A stretch of 63,996 bases of DNA, filler included, from Sphacelaria rigidula (GCA_964200075.2; 3 parts of 3 records of this genome joined end to end with filler, not necessarily neighbours in it), one strand, 5' to 3'; positions 37,201 through 52,016 are shown, numbered from the whole stretch's first letter. Notes: generated by a model not told the origin, from the letters alone. Program-made: numbers and translations.

Positions 37201-38999
37201 AAAAAAAACAGTGAATATGCAACAAGCAGAGGCGGCCTCCGTGACGCGGGAGCTTCGGGTTCCGTTCTTGTCATGCCTCAGCGATTGGACGGGGAACGAC
37301 CACGTTCATGTGTTTTTCCGGGTATCCAGGATCGATCTACCTGGCGTGGCATCGGAAGCCGCCAAAATACATTATATCTGTATATGTGTATATATATATA
37401 TATATACATATGTCAGCCCATTAGGCAACTTGTTTTTTACAAGCATCCGCCCGCTCACCTTGGAAAAACTCCTGGTCTACGCAGAAAAAGGGGTATTCCT
37501 TGACAGGAGTGATACTGATCGCCTCCTCGTCTGTCAACCCCGTGATATTGGCGGCATCGAAGTATTCGCAAGAGGTTTGAGCCACCGCTCGCTGGCTGAC
37601 TGTGGCGAAAGCCAGGAGACCCAGCAACATCGCTCCTACCACAGAATACCACATGCCTGCCCTCATGCTAGATTCAAACGAACAGATCCAACGAAACGAG
37701 GGAGAGAGCGTGTAGGCAAGGAAAAGTGGGCACTTGCGTTGGCGTTTTCCGGATCCGGCGCACCCGGGGATGGTGCCTTATCGTCCCCGGTAGCGCTTAC
37801 AAAACCCAGACGCCTTCTGGCAACATGCTACTTAGCTGTAAGTGTAAGAGGTTATCACAACAATTGCCGGAAGGAAGAAGCAGGTATACCCCAACCCTTC
37901 GATAATAACTGTGGTGTATTCAGAACCTGTTCCATCAAGTCCAAGTCTAACCCTAGCCCCAACTCCAGCCCAAGGTAGACCGTGAACCCTCGAGCACGCG
38001 GGAATGCAAAGAGTCCCCCAGGCTAAGTGTGTGTCGGTGGAACTCACATCGCCGCAGGTGCCAAAACAAGAAAAGACGCCCGCTGGGCATGACGGCGAGC
38101 GAGAGGGACTACAGCCGTCGTACAGATCCGAATAACAGCGTCCGCGTTGACTTATCAAATACTCCAGTAGTACGTTTCAACACGAAAGAACTGCGTGGGC
38201 GACAGGTTGGGGTAAACTCTACGTGATGGAAAGGAGTTCACACGTCGGACGGGTCCCTTTTTATAGGACGCAGGTCATACACACTGTATGTACCCGATTC
38301 GGATGATACAGTTCAACTAGTTATGAAACGGTCCTCGTGATCCGGATATCATCGATCAGGAGGGAGGTATCTTGTACGGGTTATAACGATACACAGGTTC
38401 TTCTTGACGTTTCGTGTACACCTGATTCGGATCACATAGGTGCGCCCAAGGGGGTGATGTACGGATTAACAGATCATACGAATCACTCGTGGCAGGTTTG
38501 TACGGATACTCGGGTCATACAGATCAACATCAGACAGATATGAACGAATCACGCGTCACACAGATCATCATCAGGCAGATATGTACGTAACACACGTATC
38601 ATGAAGATCAGTCATGACGCCATGTGTGCCGCGCCAATAAAAATATGTACTTCGTGCAGCTGTTACAGTCAACATTCAACGTGCGGACTTGTCAACATGT
38701 ACATTGTACCAGGGCCATACGGGTTGGCAGATCAGGAATACTGAAGAATACTGTTTATTGTATAGTTCATTCGGATGAGCCGACAGTGTACATCTACGGG
38801 AACAATATGTACCCCCACTGTGGAACCACTAGGAATAAAAATACGTACTTCATGTTCCATGTGCCCGGGTTGCTGCAGCCGACGTCCGGACTTGTGAACA
38901 TGCACTGTACCCGGGCCAAACAGGTCGAGAGGTGAGGGAGCAGAGTACTTTTTGCTTGCATACTTGATCCGGACCTGACGGGAAAGCGTTTCTTGTATA

Positions 39000-39600
39000 C
39001 TTCCTCTGTCCCATAAGTAAGGTACCTAAATTTGTACGGGCCCTTAACGAGGTCCGATCGTTTTTTTTTTGTTCATGAACTCTACGGTGTTTTGGGGGTT
39101 AACAAAATGTGTTTGAAATTTGCAGCTCGTGCTTGAACCATGCAGCCGCGCGGCCGAGAAAAAGTAGGTCGGTCCAAAAATGGCCATTTTTCGCTCGTTT
39201 TCCCAGGAAAGCATGATAGACCCGGGAACACGAAAAATCGCGAAAAATGGGCCAAAGATGTGAAAATCGCGAAACCACCGTTGATTTTGGGCATGTCCGT
39301 GATATTAACCTGCGCACGCCCCATCCAACATTTTGCTAGCATGTAATTGCGAGTGCTCGGCGTGAAAACGTCCAAAATCGGTCAATGATGGGGGGAAAAT
39401 GGATCAAAAACGGTCAAAATGGGGTATATTCCGATATAGTTTTTAGTGATGAAAGCAAAAAAAAAAATCGTTTTTTGTTTTTCATCAGCTTCGTCTGCGC
39501 TTTACCTTTCTAGCGAACCCAATCACTACATCGTTGCCACCACTGGCATACCTAAACAATGTATCGCCGTTAGGTACCTGTACTTATGGGACAGAGGAAG
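39000..39600. mobile_element. Stowaway-like (Tc1/mariner-derived) MITE, 601 bp, non-autonomous
   Basis: TIR CTTCCTCTGTCCCATAAGTA..GGTACCTAA at 39000, with its reverse complement ending at 39600. Flanked by TA on both sides (38998-38999 and 39601-39602). The TIR resembles the Stowaway CTCCCTCCGTCCC. Confidence 0.88.
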
Positions 39601-42600
39601 TACTAAATTCGGATTCCAGAGGTAAGGGGTAGCTTTTGGTGTACATGAGATTCCAATCGCGCGGGTCGACGACAAGCTACTGTGCTTGCCTGACCCGAGT
39701 GATTTAAATCACAACTATGTGATGTTGTACAGATGACACAGTTCTACCTATCAGTTGTACTGTACACGAAAGTGTGTGTGAAACGGGTCGTACAGCTAGT
39801 CGCTCGGCAAATATTCACGGGTCGTGTGGGTCCTACGGATCAGCATCGGACAAACGTGCACGAGTGACAGCACACCTCGGACCGACCATGATCTATGCCC
39901 CAAATGAGTTGACCTGGATCTGACACGCGCTGATTTAATTCCAACGTGTGAAGGTGTTCGACTAGTTGATTATTCAAACGAGATAGGTAACACTTCCCCA
40001 CGACTCAGCATGTAAAGAACCTCATGCCTCAACCCTTACCCTCCCATGGCTGAGCTACTCACGCAATCGATGGCTGATTCGTACACTGGGAGGACAAGCA
40101 GAGTTGGTGAGTAAGTTGGCGTTTATATACACTGGTGGCAGCTCCATGTGATTTCACCGTAAATCATCGATTATTATCGGTTCCTCTTATCCAACGAAGA
40201 CTGGAGAAGGTAGCTTTGTCAAATAATAGCCGAAAAGCATAGCTCAGCCGAGCACCGATAGCCCCAGTCCCCAACCTGCCCCAAACTCCAATGACCACAT
40301 TTTCAAGGCCTTCTGTGGGGTGGCAGCGCGCAAAATAGAGGACGGGCGAGGTCATCTATTGCCTTGATGTTTGTGGATACCATAGTCATCACAACAACTT
40401 ACATACGATGGGAAGCCTCAATTTAACGGTGACTACACTTCGGGAATGAGAGAATTGCGGGGCGGGTGTAAACCTCTACAGACGCGGCCCGGCATATAAG
40501 GAGACATTTAGATGACAAGAAAGTCTTGGATCTACTTCACACGTCGGACAGCTCACGAAAAACTCGAATATTACTTCTTATAAGTTTACCGATCCAGGTG
40601 ATCAGCTAGCTCACTTGGCCACTTCTTCCACATTTGCTGCCGACAGCACTGGACCCTGAGCACGCGGGGTAGCGTGAAGGTAGCGCTTCGGCTTCTCGGA
40701 CCCCGCGGTCACGTCTTTTGTGTTGTGGACAACTGATCTGAGACTCCTCTTCGATTAGTTATTATAGGTAGCTCACGAGCTTTCCGACGTATGGTATACT
40801 GGAAACATTGAATTGGGTCCAAAATACGGGGCTCATTTGAACGCCACCATACCTCTATCACGTAATAGGAAACCATAAAAAAATGTAGGTGATCATCAGG
40901 TGTACAAATGTATTCTGCTGAAGTAAACTTGTTCATTTTATCTGTGCTATGACAGAGATAAGAATGGAGTCGTCCCCGGGGGTGATATCCACTGCTTCGG
41001 CCTGTCGCAAACGAAGGGTGGTAACTCTGACTACCCTGGTACCCAGTGACGATGCCCATGAATTGATTATACGTATGGCCATGCGTTCAGAGGTATCGTG
41101 CAGTTCGTCCGCAAGTAGGTAATACGTCAAACAACACCCCTCGGTTAAGGGAGTGTGAGGAGAAGATATGATCACGTCATCGTCGGGGAGGGCGGAAAGG
41201 GCGGTTTCAAATCAGCAACAATATATATACGTCCAAGTGAACACTCGCGTGCTCAGGGGGTGTTTTTGCGTGCAAAATACCTGAATTTGTAGTGACACAC
41301 CGCATATCGGCACCAACCGATCGCATTTCGACGCTAAATATGCGCTGCGTCGGTTGTGGGTCGCGCTTGAGAGGTACCGCACGAATTTTCGCATTCCACC
41401 GCAACGCGTACGCTGATAAAAGCATGAAGCCGGAGAATCAGTTGGTCCCGAGAGACACGTTCATCTGATCCGCGTTCACTTTCAAAGAGTTTGGCCGGCT
41501 CATCCGAAGGACTTTCGGTCTTGACTTCTATCTCTTCGGCAGACTGTGCTCGCCCCTTTCCACGCAAGCAATAACGCCATTTCGAAATGAAAGTGCTGCA
41601 ATCTTCAGCACTAAACGCTCCTGGAGAAGGATGCGGTTGCTAATCGTACGAGGAAAGTTTCTCTGACCCTGCACTGCAGTAGGAATTACCAAGTACCCGC
41701 TTGTAGTCCACAGTCTCCTATTTTGTAAAGAGCAGACAAGCTTCGGAGGAAACCGCTGCACATCATATTTCCCGTTGGTCCCAGTCGACGTGCAAGCAGA
41801 CAACTGCTCCGCAAACAATACCCAACACTAGAGTAGTGCACACGACTTGTTCCAAAATATCGTAAGAAACAAAATCCTGTTTGTTCCTTCAAATTGTAGA
41901 TTTCTCATTTCGATCGTAGAAATCGATCCCGTTGATCATGAAGGACATAGGCACATCTTGGCACACACACACACATCTCAGTACAGCATGAAGTACTTAT
42001 TGAGTGCTGCTTTTATCCCCTGGCCCCAACCCCTGCCCGCCCTTCCCTCTTTTTTCTTCCAATTCATGAACATTTTTGGCACGATTTTGCTTTTTTACTC
42101 GCTACACCGCTGCGTGATCGGCAGTTTTTCACGGGTCTGGAATTTAATCCTTTTCTGCCGAACCCCTAACGTGGTGGACCACAGATGGCACCTGAACAAA
42201 TACAATGACCGGCGCCTTTGCCTGCATTAAAAACACCAGTTTACGCGAGTTGGGAGGGCGTTATGGGAAGCGAGTAGGTGATGTGGAAGTACACTAAAAT
42301 TAATATGATCATAGATGGACGAACTGGCGGCAAAGGCCAAGTTGCGCGAGTGGTGTATTATAACATACGCCCAATATCACGTTTGCCTACGGTATACGAG
42401 CTGGGTCAGCCTAGAAACGGGGGTGAGCTCTCAAAGCAATAATTCATAGACACAGACGAGTTGGCCCGTGATCCGCATATCGTATTAGTCATCTAGTCAA
42501 GGGGAAGGTGGTGCCCATCTGCTCAAACATTCTGGATCAATATTTTCTCGTTGATTAAACCCCATGTCTAGTGATTCCTATACCGTACGGAGATAGCATT

Positions 42601-42918
42601 CATACTAGAATCTACATGGAACCCCGAACGGAACATTTAGCAGATGACGATGATTTCTGATGTGGACATTCCCTGGAGCACGGGGAGACGATATGTACCC
42701 TCCCCTTCACCTACTTCGTGATCTATCTGGAGATGTGGCGCACATAAGGCTTCATACTGAAATCAATATACTACGAACAGAGGCCCTAGATGCTCTAAAT
42801 CTGGATATCGCGTTCCAGTTTTGAGTGTTGTGCTTTGAAATTTCGTATGGAGAACCACTGGTACACGATGAACATATATATATATATATATATTCAAACC
42901 GATATATATATATATATA

Positions 42919-43018
42919 NNNNNNNNNNNNNNNNNNNNNNNNNNNNNNNNNNNNNNNNNNNNTTAATTAATTAANNNNNNNNNNNNNNNNNNNNNNNNNN
43001 NNNNNNNNNNNNNNNNNN
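42919..43018. other. Scaffold gap: 44 N + TTAATTAATTAA + 44 N (artificial linker)
   Basis: Same structure as the first gap; preceded by a (TA)n tract. Confidence 0.97.
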
Positions 43019-43422
43019 AAAGCACAAAGGAAAGCAAACAATGATCACCCCCCCCCCCCCCGCCGCCGCCGGAAACGAGCCTGGCTCTGTCTTCTTGTTT
43101 ATTGTACTCCTTTCTTTACGTTCTATTTCGTTTCTTGTTTTTAATTTTCCCCCCTTTTTTTCTCTGATCACGAGCTGGAGTGTTGCAATCAGCTACGTTA
43201 TGCGAGATGCTCATCGTTTTGTGTCGTTTGTGTGTGTTTGTCGTTATTTTGTTGTTTGTTTTTGGTGGTGGTGGCGTTTTTTTGTCGTTATCGTTGCTCC
43301 CTCTCTTTCCTTTCTGAGGCCGTTGCTTGTGTCTTTTTCTGTATTTTTTTTCTTTCATTATTATGTCTTTTTTGCTGCTCCTGACCGCGGGCTGGATCGT
43401 TGCAATATGCTATTGTGAGATG

Positions 43423-43432
43423 ATCAATCAAT

Positions 43433-43471
<39 letters not shown>

Positions 43472-43497
43472 CCAATCAACCAATCAATCAATCAATC
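43423..43497. repeat. (ATCA/ACCA)n tetranucleotide microsatellite
   Basis: Direct reading. Confidence 0.95.
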
Positions 43498-43818
43498 ACC
43501 ATAGTTGCTACTTTGTACCGGACAATAGGGAGGGCAGGGGAGCTACCTGCTCGGCATATGCTGACGAACCTCCAACATGTTTCATGTTGATACTGTAAAC
43601 GCTGCTCTTTCCCGAAAGAGGAACAAAAATTGCCGTCACAACCCTGGAGAACGTGAAGAGTAAAGTCAATCTCCTCTGTTGTATACGTGAGCACCAGCTG
43701 GCCTGTTGATGTTCAATTGGCGTTGGAGAATGCAAATTCCTGAAACGGATGATACTACCCCTTCCCTCTCCTTGCGCCCCCATCTTTCTTCGTATCTTCC
43801 CCATTTTCCCGGATGAAG

Positions 43819-46800
43819 GGATCTTTGCTTCTGTTCCGAAAGGTGACATCACCGGGTATGCACCATGCCTCTCTGCCAAGCGAGGCAGTGGAGCAGGACC
43901 TCACTATTCATCTGTGGCTCATTTGCTCGGGGGTCTGCGGCATGGACGTCGTGGATATCCGGTAAGTTGTGTTGATCTGTGTTTGGAGGAGAACACGAAA
44001 ATGCTGCCACTGATGTAGTGGTTGTGGCAACGCTGTGCAGCGCCGATGAGGAAAAACAAAAGGGAAATATTATAGTGTTGTAGTAAGAATGTCCATCCCA
44101 ATGAGGCCACCGCACCTGATCGTATACCTGACACCTAATGTCTAGATTGGTGGTGAGCACGACGCGCAGAGTAAAGAGTGCCCAACTGTGTCCCGAGGTA
44201 CACTGAGCAAGCAACACGAACAGTATATGACAGGTAAAACGCGAAATTGATTCATCACACAGAAGCTTAGAACAAAACAATTATGGTCAAAACCGCCGCA
44301 ACGTGACCGTATGGCAGAAATACCAAGTTACAATATCTGTCACACGCAATCTATGAAAAGGATCATCATGGTCAAAATCATCCCGTAAGTGTCACCAGGA
44401 TGTGACCGGGTCAATACGTGGACGAAACCGAATACCGCTTGCTCCTATCACAGAGTGTTTTACTGAACAGTCAATTTCACACGACCGGGGATGCTCCGGA
44501 GCTGCCCCTTTCGCACGAATCATGACGCAGGATAACGTACCGCGTTGCCAACACAAGGAGGAGAGGTTAACCCAGCGATGACAAGACTGTCTCCTCGAAT
44601 TTCGGCGCAGTTTTCGAACAAATTATGTGTGTCACGCTCGGTCGAAACGAGTATTTTTTCCCAAATCGTTTGCGTCAAGGTTTTGGCTATGTACCCAGCA
44701 TACCAAGCTTTGTGATATTTCCACTCCATCTGAGTACAATATGACCATTTTTACGCGAAAAATGAATAACTCATTTTTGTGTCACGCTCGGTCAAAACGA
44801 GTATGTTTTCCCAAATCGTTTGTGTCAAGGTTTTAGCGATGTACCCAGCATACCAAGTTTTTGTGATATTTCCACTCCATCTGAGTACAATATGACCATT
44901 TTTATGCGAAAAATGAATACCTGATTTCGCCTTCTGAGCTGAAATACCGCCATTTATCCAGCCTCGCAGCACATTCAATGCTGTTGGTACGGCGATTGAG
45001 AACGAAGGACTCACTCATGGAAAAGTCACATTTCGGTGCTTGACATCGGAGTATTGCCGCACACGGTAGTGGTTCTCTCCGGACGACTCCAGCTGCCCAA
45101 AACATGGTTATCGTGTACGATTTCTTGTATGGTATCCCACTGGCATTCGTACTAGCAAATGTAGGCTTGGGCATGGTGAACTTCATCACTTGCAAGTGAG
45201 GCGCTCGAGGGTGTGGGTATGGACTCGATGGATATCGAGCAACTTTGTTTCGTCCTCGAGACGCAGCGAAGAAGCGAGACTAATGATATACTTCCTTGGC
45301 GCCCTTACATGGAACCAATCCCTATTGTTGTTGAGGCACTTAGCCGTCCTTGTATTGATTTCAGTCAGGGAGAAGCCTATACGTTTTGCGGACTTTCAAT
45401 CCTCCTGTGTGAGACCGAACGGTTGACTTGCGGCGCCAAAAGGTCCGGCAGAAGTAGGCAGGAGGCGGTCGGGCAACAAGTGATGTCGCGCTTTCTGTGG
45501 TTCGGTGTAGATTCCCTACAGTCGGCGGACTCAGCACTCTCAGCAGCCTGAAACTGATTGTGCCACAATGAAGCTTTGAGCTTATTTTCCTTTCGCATTT
45601 TTAGAACCCTTGGTTTCTCACGGTTCTTCTATGGCCTGACTGCCTCAAAACAGCCGTCGTGCGACGGGTGCATGGCTGTTCTCAAACATCCAAGTGGTTC
45701 GCAGCCGTACGAGATGAGGAGCGATGTTCATGAGATCGCCGAAAATGGACTGCCTTCGAGACTCATGTATAGGATAACCTAGCTGGCATGCCCCTCTTTC
45801 GACCAAAGCGCCGTCCATTTTTTGCACCCCCGTGCAGTACTGTGTACATTCCCACAAGTATCTTAGAACCTGAGAATACATTCCGTCCAACCGTACCGCT
45901 GCTCTTTTGTTAGTGCAGAGGTTTTCATGTGATGAGCCCGAAAAAGATGAAATGTATCGGGAATATTGATATGCTCTAAAGGGATCTTAGGTATGTTTCA
46001 CTTATTCCGCTGCTACTCATTAGCTCCAGGATGAGCGCGGGCTTCGGAGGTGGTGGACACCACGGAAGTTACCAAAGACAAACGAAACTCTGTAGAAGCA
46101 AGATGACCAGAAGATTTGCAGTACGAAATACAGGAATGAAGTCTGCGGACTTACGAGTATTCGTAGATACTTAAATCTATTTGCCACAGATGAATGAATA
46201 ATGCTGTGGAGTGGATACGAGTGGCATTAACCGTCCAACGCAAAATCTTGGAACAATGCTCCGGAACGCTATCGAGCAGTATGAAACCTTCAAGCCTGGA
46301 TGAGCACTCCTTGAGTGCGGCGGATCTCCGGAACATCTGGGCAAATGGCGGTGACGGGAGGTCTACGTTGAACGACGGAGAGCAGGACGAGGTAATGACC
46401 AGTCGGTGGTTCACTGTAAGACGCATCACTTGGCCATAGTACAGATGATGCCGCAGCTGACGGCCATTCCTACATGACCATGCTCTCGTGACTGATCAAC
46501 TAATACTATTAATTCTATACAGCGACATCATCGTGACATGGAGCAGAGGTAAGCTGGTAGATGATGACCACCTACAGTCTCATCCGCCCCGAAGGGCAGT
46601 GAAGCGCTCTTTATTGATGCTGCAGGAGGGCGGCGGGGAGGGTATACTTCGTATGCCCCTGAGGTACTATTTCTGCAGCCGACCACATAACGCGGTGGTA
46701 CCATCAAATGTGCTTGTACATTCCTTACTTCTGATTGCCTCGATTGTTGCGCGACTTACAATACTGTAAAAGCTTTGCAACAAGATGCTGCAAATAGTTG

Positions 46801-49800
46801 CACCCCTGTGCCCTCTTCATACACCTCGCTACTGTCCATTTTCTGTTGCACTTGGCAGGGCGGTGAAGAACGTAGCTCAGACCCATGCGCTCGCGAGAAC
46901 TGGCCAGACTGGGAGCAAAGCGAGTCCCCAACATTCACACCCGCGCCAAGCTCAACCATCACACGAAACACGGTGAAAACCAAGCCCAAGTGCAACAGTA
47001 ACAGCAGCATTAACAGCAACAACACCACCCGTGCCCCCGGGAGGGCTGGTGGAGTGAGGCCACCGGTAAGAACAAGCTCCGCCGGTAGGGGTAAGGGGTC
47101 GAAACTCCACACCATGACGGGTGTTGGGATCCCTTGCTCTCCCACAAGGCCTACGTCATCCTCTTCTTCTCGTCGTGGTCGCAAGGGACGCAGGGGGAGG
47201 GGTGGAGGCGCAGCCGATGAGGGCAGGGGTAGGGGTGCCAGAATGAGTGGGGGGGGTGATGCAGGACGAGGGAAGGGGGATGAAGGTTTGAGGCAGATGG
47301 ACATTGCTTCGTCGTTCAAGGCGGCTCACAACTCTGCCAGGTATTTCGTGTACCGTATTTGAGGGTTCGCGGCGTTCCACAATGCGCTAGCTGCTCATGG
47401 CTTTCAGGGGCCAGTCGTGTGTCAAGGCGCGTACACCGTCTTCTTCGAGGTCGCTTGCGCGCGTCGCTAAAGTGTGCTCTGCACACGTGGAGCTCGATGA
47501 TGGGTGCCACAATAGCAACACGCCATCATATTACAGAGATTTCTCTTTTCATGACTTTGGATTTGCATCGAAGCCCACTTATAACGATGGAAGTCCTTTT
47601 GGAAACTCTTTGCATCTTCCATTTGAGAAAATGGAAAACGGACAGCTTGATGCTCAGTGGTTTGGGGTCCGTGCCAAATATTCCACATCCCTGGTACACG
47701 GTGTCATAGCAGCTGCGCACGCTCAATATTATCGTGATCATCCTCTAAAATGACAAAACCATATCTACATGGAGTGCGCAGTATTATTGGGGCTGCGCAC
47801 GTCCCTAGCTCAATTGAACAAACAGCAGTGCAGGTTTTTGGGTGTAAATATATAGAAATGAACACGACATCACGATGGGGCATGCATTGTGCATCGTTTC
47901 CACGTATGAATTCTAGAGTTTGGAAAACGCTCTTGGGAAATTTACAAGATTGGGAAAAGCGGCACATTTTCCCATGGTTGAGAACGACCCAATCATATTC
48001 TTCCCACTTGGACAGTCCTTTCAAGTTATCCTATCTGGACGGGTTCCCCCTTATTTTTTGGGTAACTTTGGTCAGTCCCCAAAGCACATGAATCATTTAT
48101 AGAAAGGTTTCACATGCACGTTTCAAGTAATTACAGATCATGAGCGCAACAATAGCTGCCTAGAAGTACTACCGTAAGAGTAGCTGCGACACGCCTGAAA
48201 CGTTGACCCCCCCCCCCCCTCCCCCCTCCCCACCCTACAATGGTCTTATGACTATGGCATGCATGATCATGAGTACACCCCTCCCCACCCTACGCCATCA
48301 TCTCGCACGATCTTCCGCCATTCCAAGTTGTTTGATTGTGTTCTTTCACTCACCCGGAGATCGACACTTCTGGACCCCTGAGCTACAGTAGCTTGTGCCC
48401 AGGCCCATTCGACACGCTTTAAGCTACGTTTCTCTGCAGGAGTAGGATGTACCTTACCGATGACGTCAACGGTGTACTTTCCATTGGGACCCTTCCCTGT
48501 CCATCGTGGCCAAGGTATTTGGGTCGGGGAGTTCCGCGACAGCTCTTTTTTTTAAAAACCGCTCCTCCTCCCGCACTTTTATGTAACACATTACAGTAGA
48601 AAACGTGCTAGGACGGCAGACAGAGAGGCACAGAGATCTATATCCACCGCTACCAGCCCGAGTAGACCGAGTAGCTCAAGTACGGGAGGCCTTTCGAGGG
48701 GGGAGCTTGGAGCAATAGGCATTTCTGAAGCTGGAGACAGCCTCGGTGCTTCTCCCCCCACCAGGAGGCGCAAACAGGTGACTTCACCGAAGGCGACACG
48801 AGGACTTATCTGCGTATCGTACAGGACAGTATGAGCTATGAGCCTTGTGTCGTAGTGGTAGTGAAGAGGCGCTGCCTTTGCGAAAGTGTGGAGCGATTCG
48901 AGGATACCGAACGAGTGCGGAACCCCTCATGACTGCCAGGAGACTCGTTTGCGGCCTATTTTCCAATTTCGCAGTGTTTCTGCGTTTTTGTGCTGTATCG
49001 GTAAAAAAATGTCGTCAAAATATACGACTGGATTATGGTTTTGGGATTGAAGTGTTATAAAGGCTGCAAACGCGCCGGGTCTGTTTTTGTGGCGCTCCTC
49101 TCCGCCGCAGACTTGACTCTCCTCTTGTTCTTTATCTCAAGTTGGTATGAAGCACCAATAGACGAAATCGACAAAGCTGGCGTTGTCGGCAACGCGCTCG
49201 ACACGCACATGTCATCCCCATCTTCAATAGAGAGGTATGGAGTATGATTGCTGCCACATATTGACGTGATCTGACCGCGCGCATAGTAGCCGCTCCTGAA
49301 AGCACGGTAAAGGATGAACCCCGACTCCAGTCCCTGGCTACGATTGAAACCTACAGTCAACACTAATCTCCACGACTCTCGCCAGAGGTTGAGCTGCACG
49401 CGCCCGTGTAGTCATTTCAGAGATGGCGCAACCTAAGGCCCTAGCGTTGACTTTTACTTTGCCACGGACTCCGACCTGGGACAGGATGATGGGAGCAACA
49501 GCACGGCGTCCCCTGTCCCGTCCAGGGCAGGCGGTATCTCGCGCAGGGCTTGGAGCAGCAGGGTATCAGGCGCTAAAAACTCGGCGATTGGGACGTACAA
49601 CTCAGGGGCGTCGACAATGAGGGCGGTTTTGCGCCGAAAAGGGTGATTAATACACGGAGTGTTGAGGCGCTGGGTCACAGCACGAGAGTAACCGAGAACC
49701 TTGGTCTCTGTATGCATGCGTTTCGTTGTCAACAGTCCATGCGAAGAGATAACACAGCGCCACTTCCTCATTATGTAGTACGTCAGGGTTAGACCTGCTG

Positions 49801-51985
49801 TACGGGTTGCACACGGGTTGTTGACTTTTTATTAAGGACCATATATGTATATATGTATGATCATGTACTTTGGTGAATGTGTTCTTGGGCATCCCGCGTA
49901 GAAGGCAAAGTTTGATATTTACGTGATTTATTCGTAGTGTTGTCCACACAGACGACGCTCATCGAGATGGAAAATATCGGCAGTGACATACGGAGATAAG
50001 CGACTCCAGTAACAGGGGTTTTACTGTCCAAGTAGAGTCGCGGAGGCCCCGGTTCATGGGGGTATCTCGCGAATCGGATGATCTTAGCCTTCCCACCTCC
50101 CCTTTCCACGTTGTCCTCTCTCGCGGTGCATGCGTCGTTTCCCAACTTCTACAAGCAGCATGGACCTATCGCCGAATGTAACGATCGACAGCTTGCACCG
50201 CTCAGGCGGTAGTTCGTCTCGAGGATACGCGCGGGATGGTATGGAGGGACGTTCCGATGGGGATCGAGCTAGGTGAGCTACTCCACTTCTTGCTATTTGG
50301 GACAGAAATTCGTACTGTAGTGCTGCACCTTCACGATGATGAGGTCACGAGCATACTGTCGAGTTTCGAGATAACCCGCACACCACACTCCACAGGCAGA
50401 TAAATATTAAGTCGGCGAACAAACTCCTCAATATTCAGTACGCAAGACCTATGGCATAGCGACAATTTCTGTATGCATGGAAAACGTTTGCGCGAAAACA
50501 ATAAACTGACAAAACGAGACAGTTGATATTCTTCCGTCGAGGCAGCGTTTTCACGTACAGCGCGGAGGCCTCCACCACCGGGGGTTGAAGCTAAACAGAC
50601 TTGCGATGAAACTCCAAACCAACCCATGTTTAGCCCTGCGGTGACATATGGGTCGAACCTGAACGTTGGCGGCGTTTGCAAAATTGAAGCGGCACAATTT
50701 TTCGGAGACCCAATCCAAGCTTGCCGATTAACCCCCTCAACCGTACATTTTGGTCGTGTGATATGATTCACAAGGAAGGCGCTAGAACTGCTCACGATGT
50801 GGTCTTACGGTATAACCACAGGCAAGACTCGCTATTCTCCCGTAACTTGTAGGCTCTTCGTACCCCACAAAATGCCGTTCGATTACGTATGTGAACAATA
50901 GCGGTGGCGACGGTAGTGCTCGCGGGGTGACAGGGCTTGCCTGCGACGTCAACGATGGCGATAACGGTGCAGTGGTGGATCTCGCCAACTACCTGTCTGC
51001 TTCGCCCGCGGTACGTGACACGCTTTCCTGGGGGGGCAGTGTAGTAGTACAATGCCTAGAGTTTCATTCTAGGACTATGTTCACCTTTGTTCAATAATTA
51101 GTCATGACTGCTTCGATCTAAAAGTGGCGACGCCGTCAGAAACATTGGCAGAAATAATTGCGCGCTGTTGTCTCAGGCACGAAAAACCAACCGCAAATAC
51201 CAATCTTGAACGGGTGATTCCCCAAGTCCACGCGTGTGGTCGGCTATTATAAGCGATACATAAACTACTGCAGAGCACAAATTGGGTCCATGTATAAGAA
51301 ATACATGACGATGTCGCCGAAGGTACGGGGATGCACCTCACGCTCATACGTTGAGACTTCATGTATGTACCAGCCGTGATTTTTGCGGCCCCACCGGGGT
51401 GACGCCTCGTACCACAAATCGGGAGAGCATCAGAGCGCGGGCGGTTTTCAAGATCCTATTTTCTCGGCAACTCCTGCTGCAATCACACCGGCGACAGGAT
51501 GCGTGCCGTTGAAATGGTCTTATTGCGGAGGCCTGTCAATTGACACGGCCCCCATGTCAGTGATGCCGTAGATGCACTCGGGCGTACTGCAAGGCCTACA
51601 TGACACTTCCCAACTCCGAGCCTTCATGATTTTGATTTGATTTGATCGTCGCACTTTCACTGACCATGGTACAGTTGTTTCTCACAAATGTTGCTGACAA
51701 AGCGGTCCACGGGGTATCCCTTTGCTTTTGAAAGAGACTTTTGTGGGATCTTTCCTGTAAAGCCCGAACCTCTTCATCCCCCCCCGCTCTCTACGGCTGG
51801 CTTCGCATATCGAACAACCTTACCGTCGATCTCCCAACACCTGGCTACTATATCGAGCCCCCAACACCTGGCTACTATATCGAGCCACCCAACACCCCAA
51901 CTCGCCATGACTCGCGCAATTGTCAGCGAGAACAACAGCAATCGCTAAATCCGCAGCAGCCGCCGCCGCCGCCGCCGCCGCCGCC

Positions 51986-52016
<31 letters not shown>

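Larger units (their letters stand above)
21870..37666 (-). pseudogene. Decayed multi-exon gene for a secreted Cys-rich protein with beta-prism (jacalin/VOMI-like) motifs and a TPAP-type linker. Exon-like segments: 37666-37459, ~37141-37103, ~31283-31138, ~31000-30573, ~30470-30367, 29250-29002, ~26418-26197, 25627-25360, ~25116-24962, ~23819-23666, ~23270-23133, ~22925-22680, ~22185-21870
   Basis: N-terminal signal-peptide-like MWYSVVGAMLLGLLAFATVSQRAVA, ending at donor CAAG|GTGAGC. Motifs YLGGTQG..., GEIIVTG|VSAAITVSGIIAAISFICTNGEESAWLG and ATGVTIWASTYDIRGIQFVC. Exon 29250-29002 has intact splice ends and is a multiple of 3 long, yet holds two TGA. Other segments have in-frame TAA/TAG/TGA or a frameshift. 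The family assignment is an inference. Confidence 0.55.

Noticed and set aside
44930..48100. Retroelement ORF remnants on the minus strand (also 171-428 and 41200-42240 as transposase remnants)
   Set aside because: Fragmentary frames with no recognisable catalytic motif; cannot be supported without a search.
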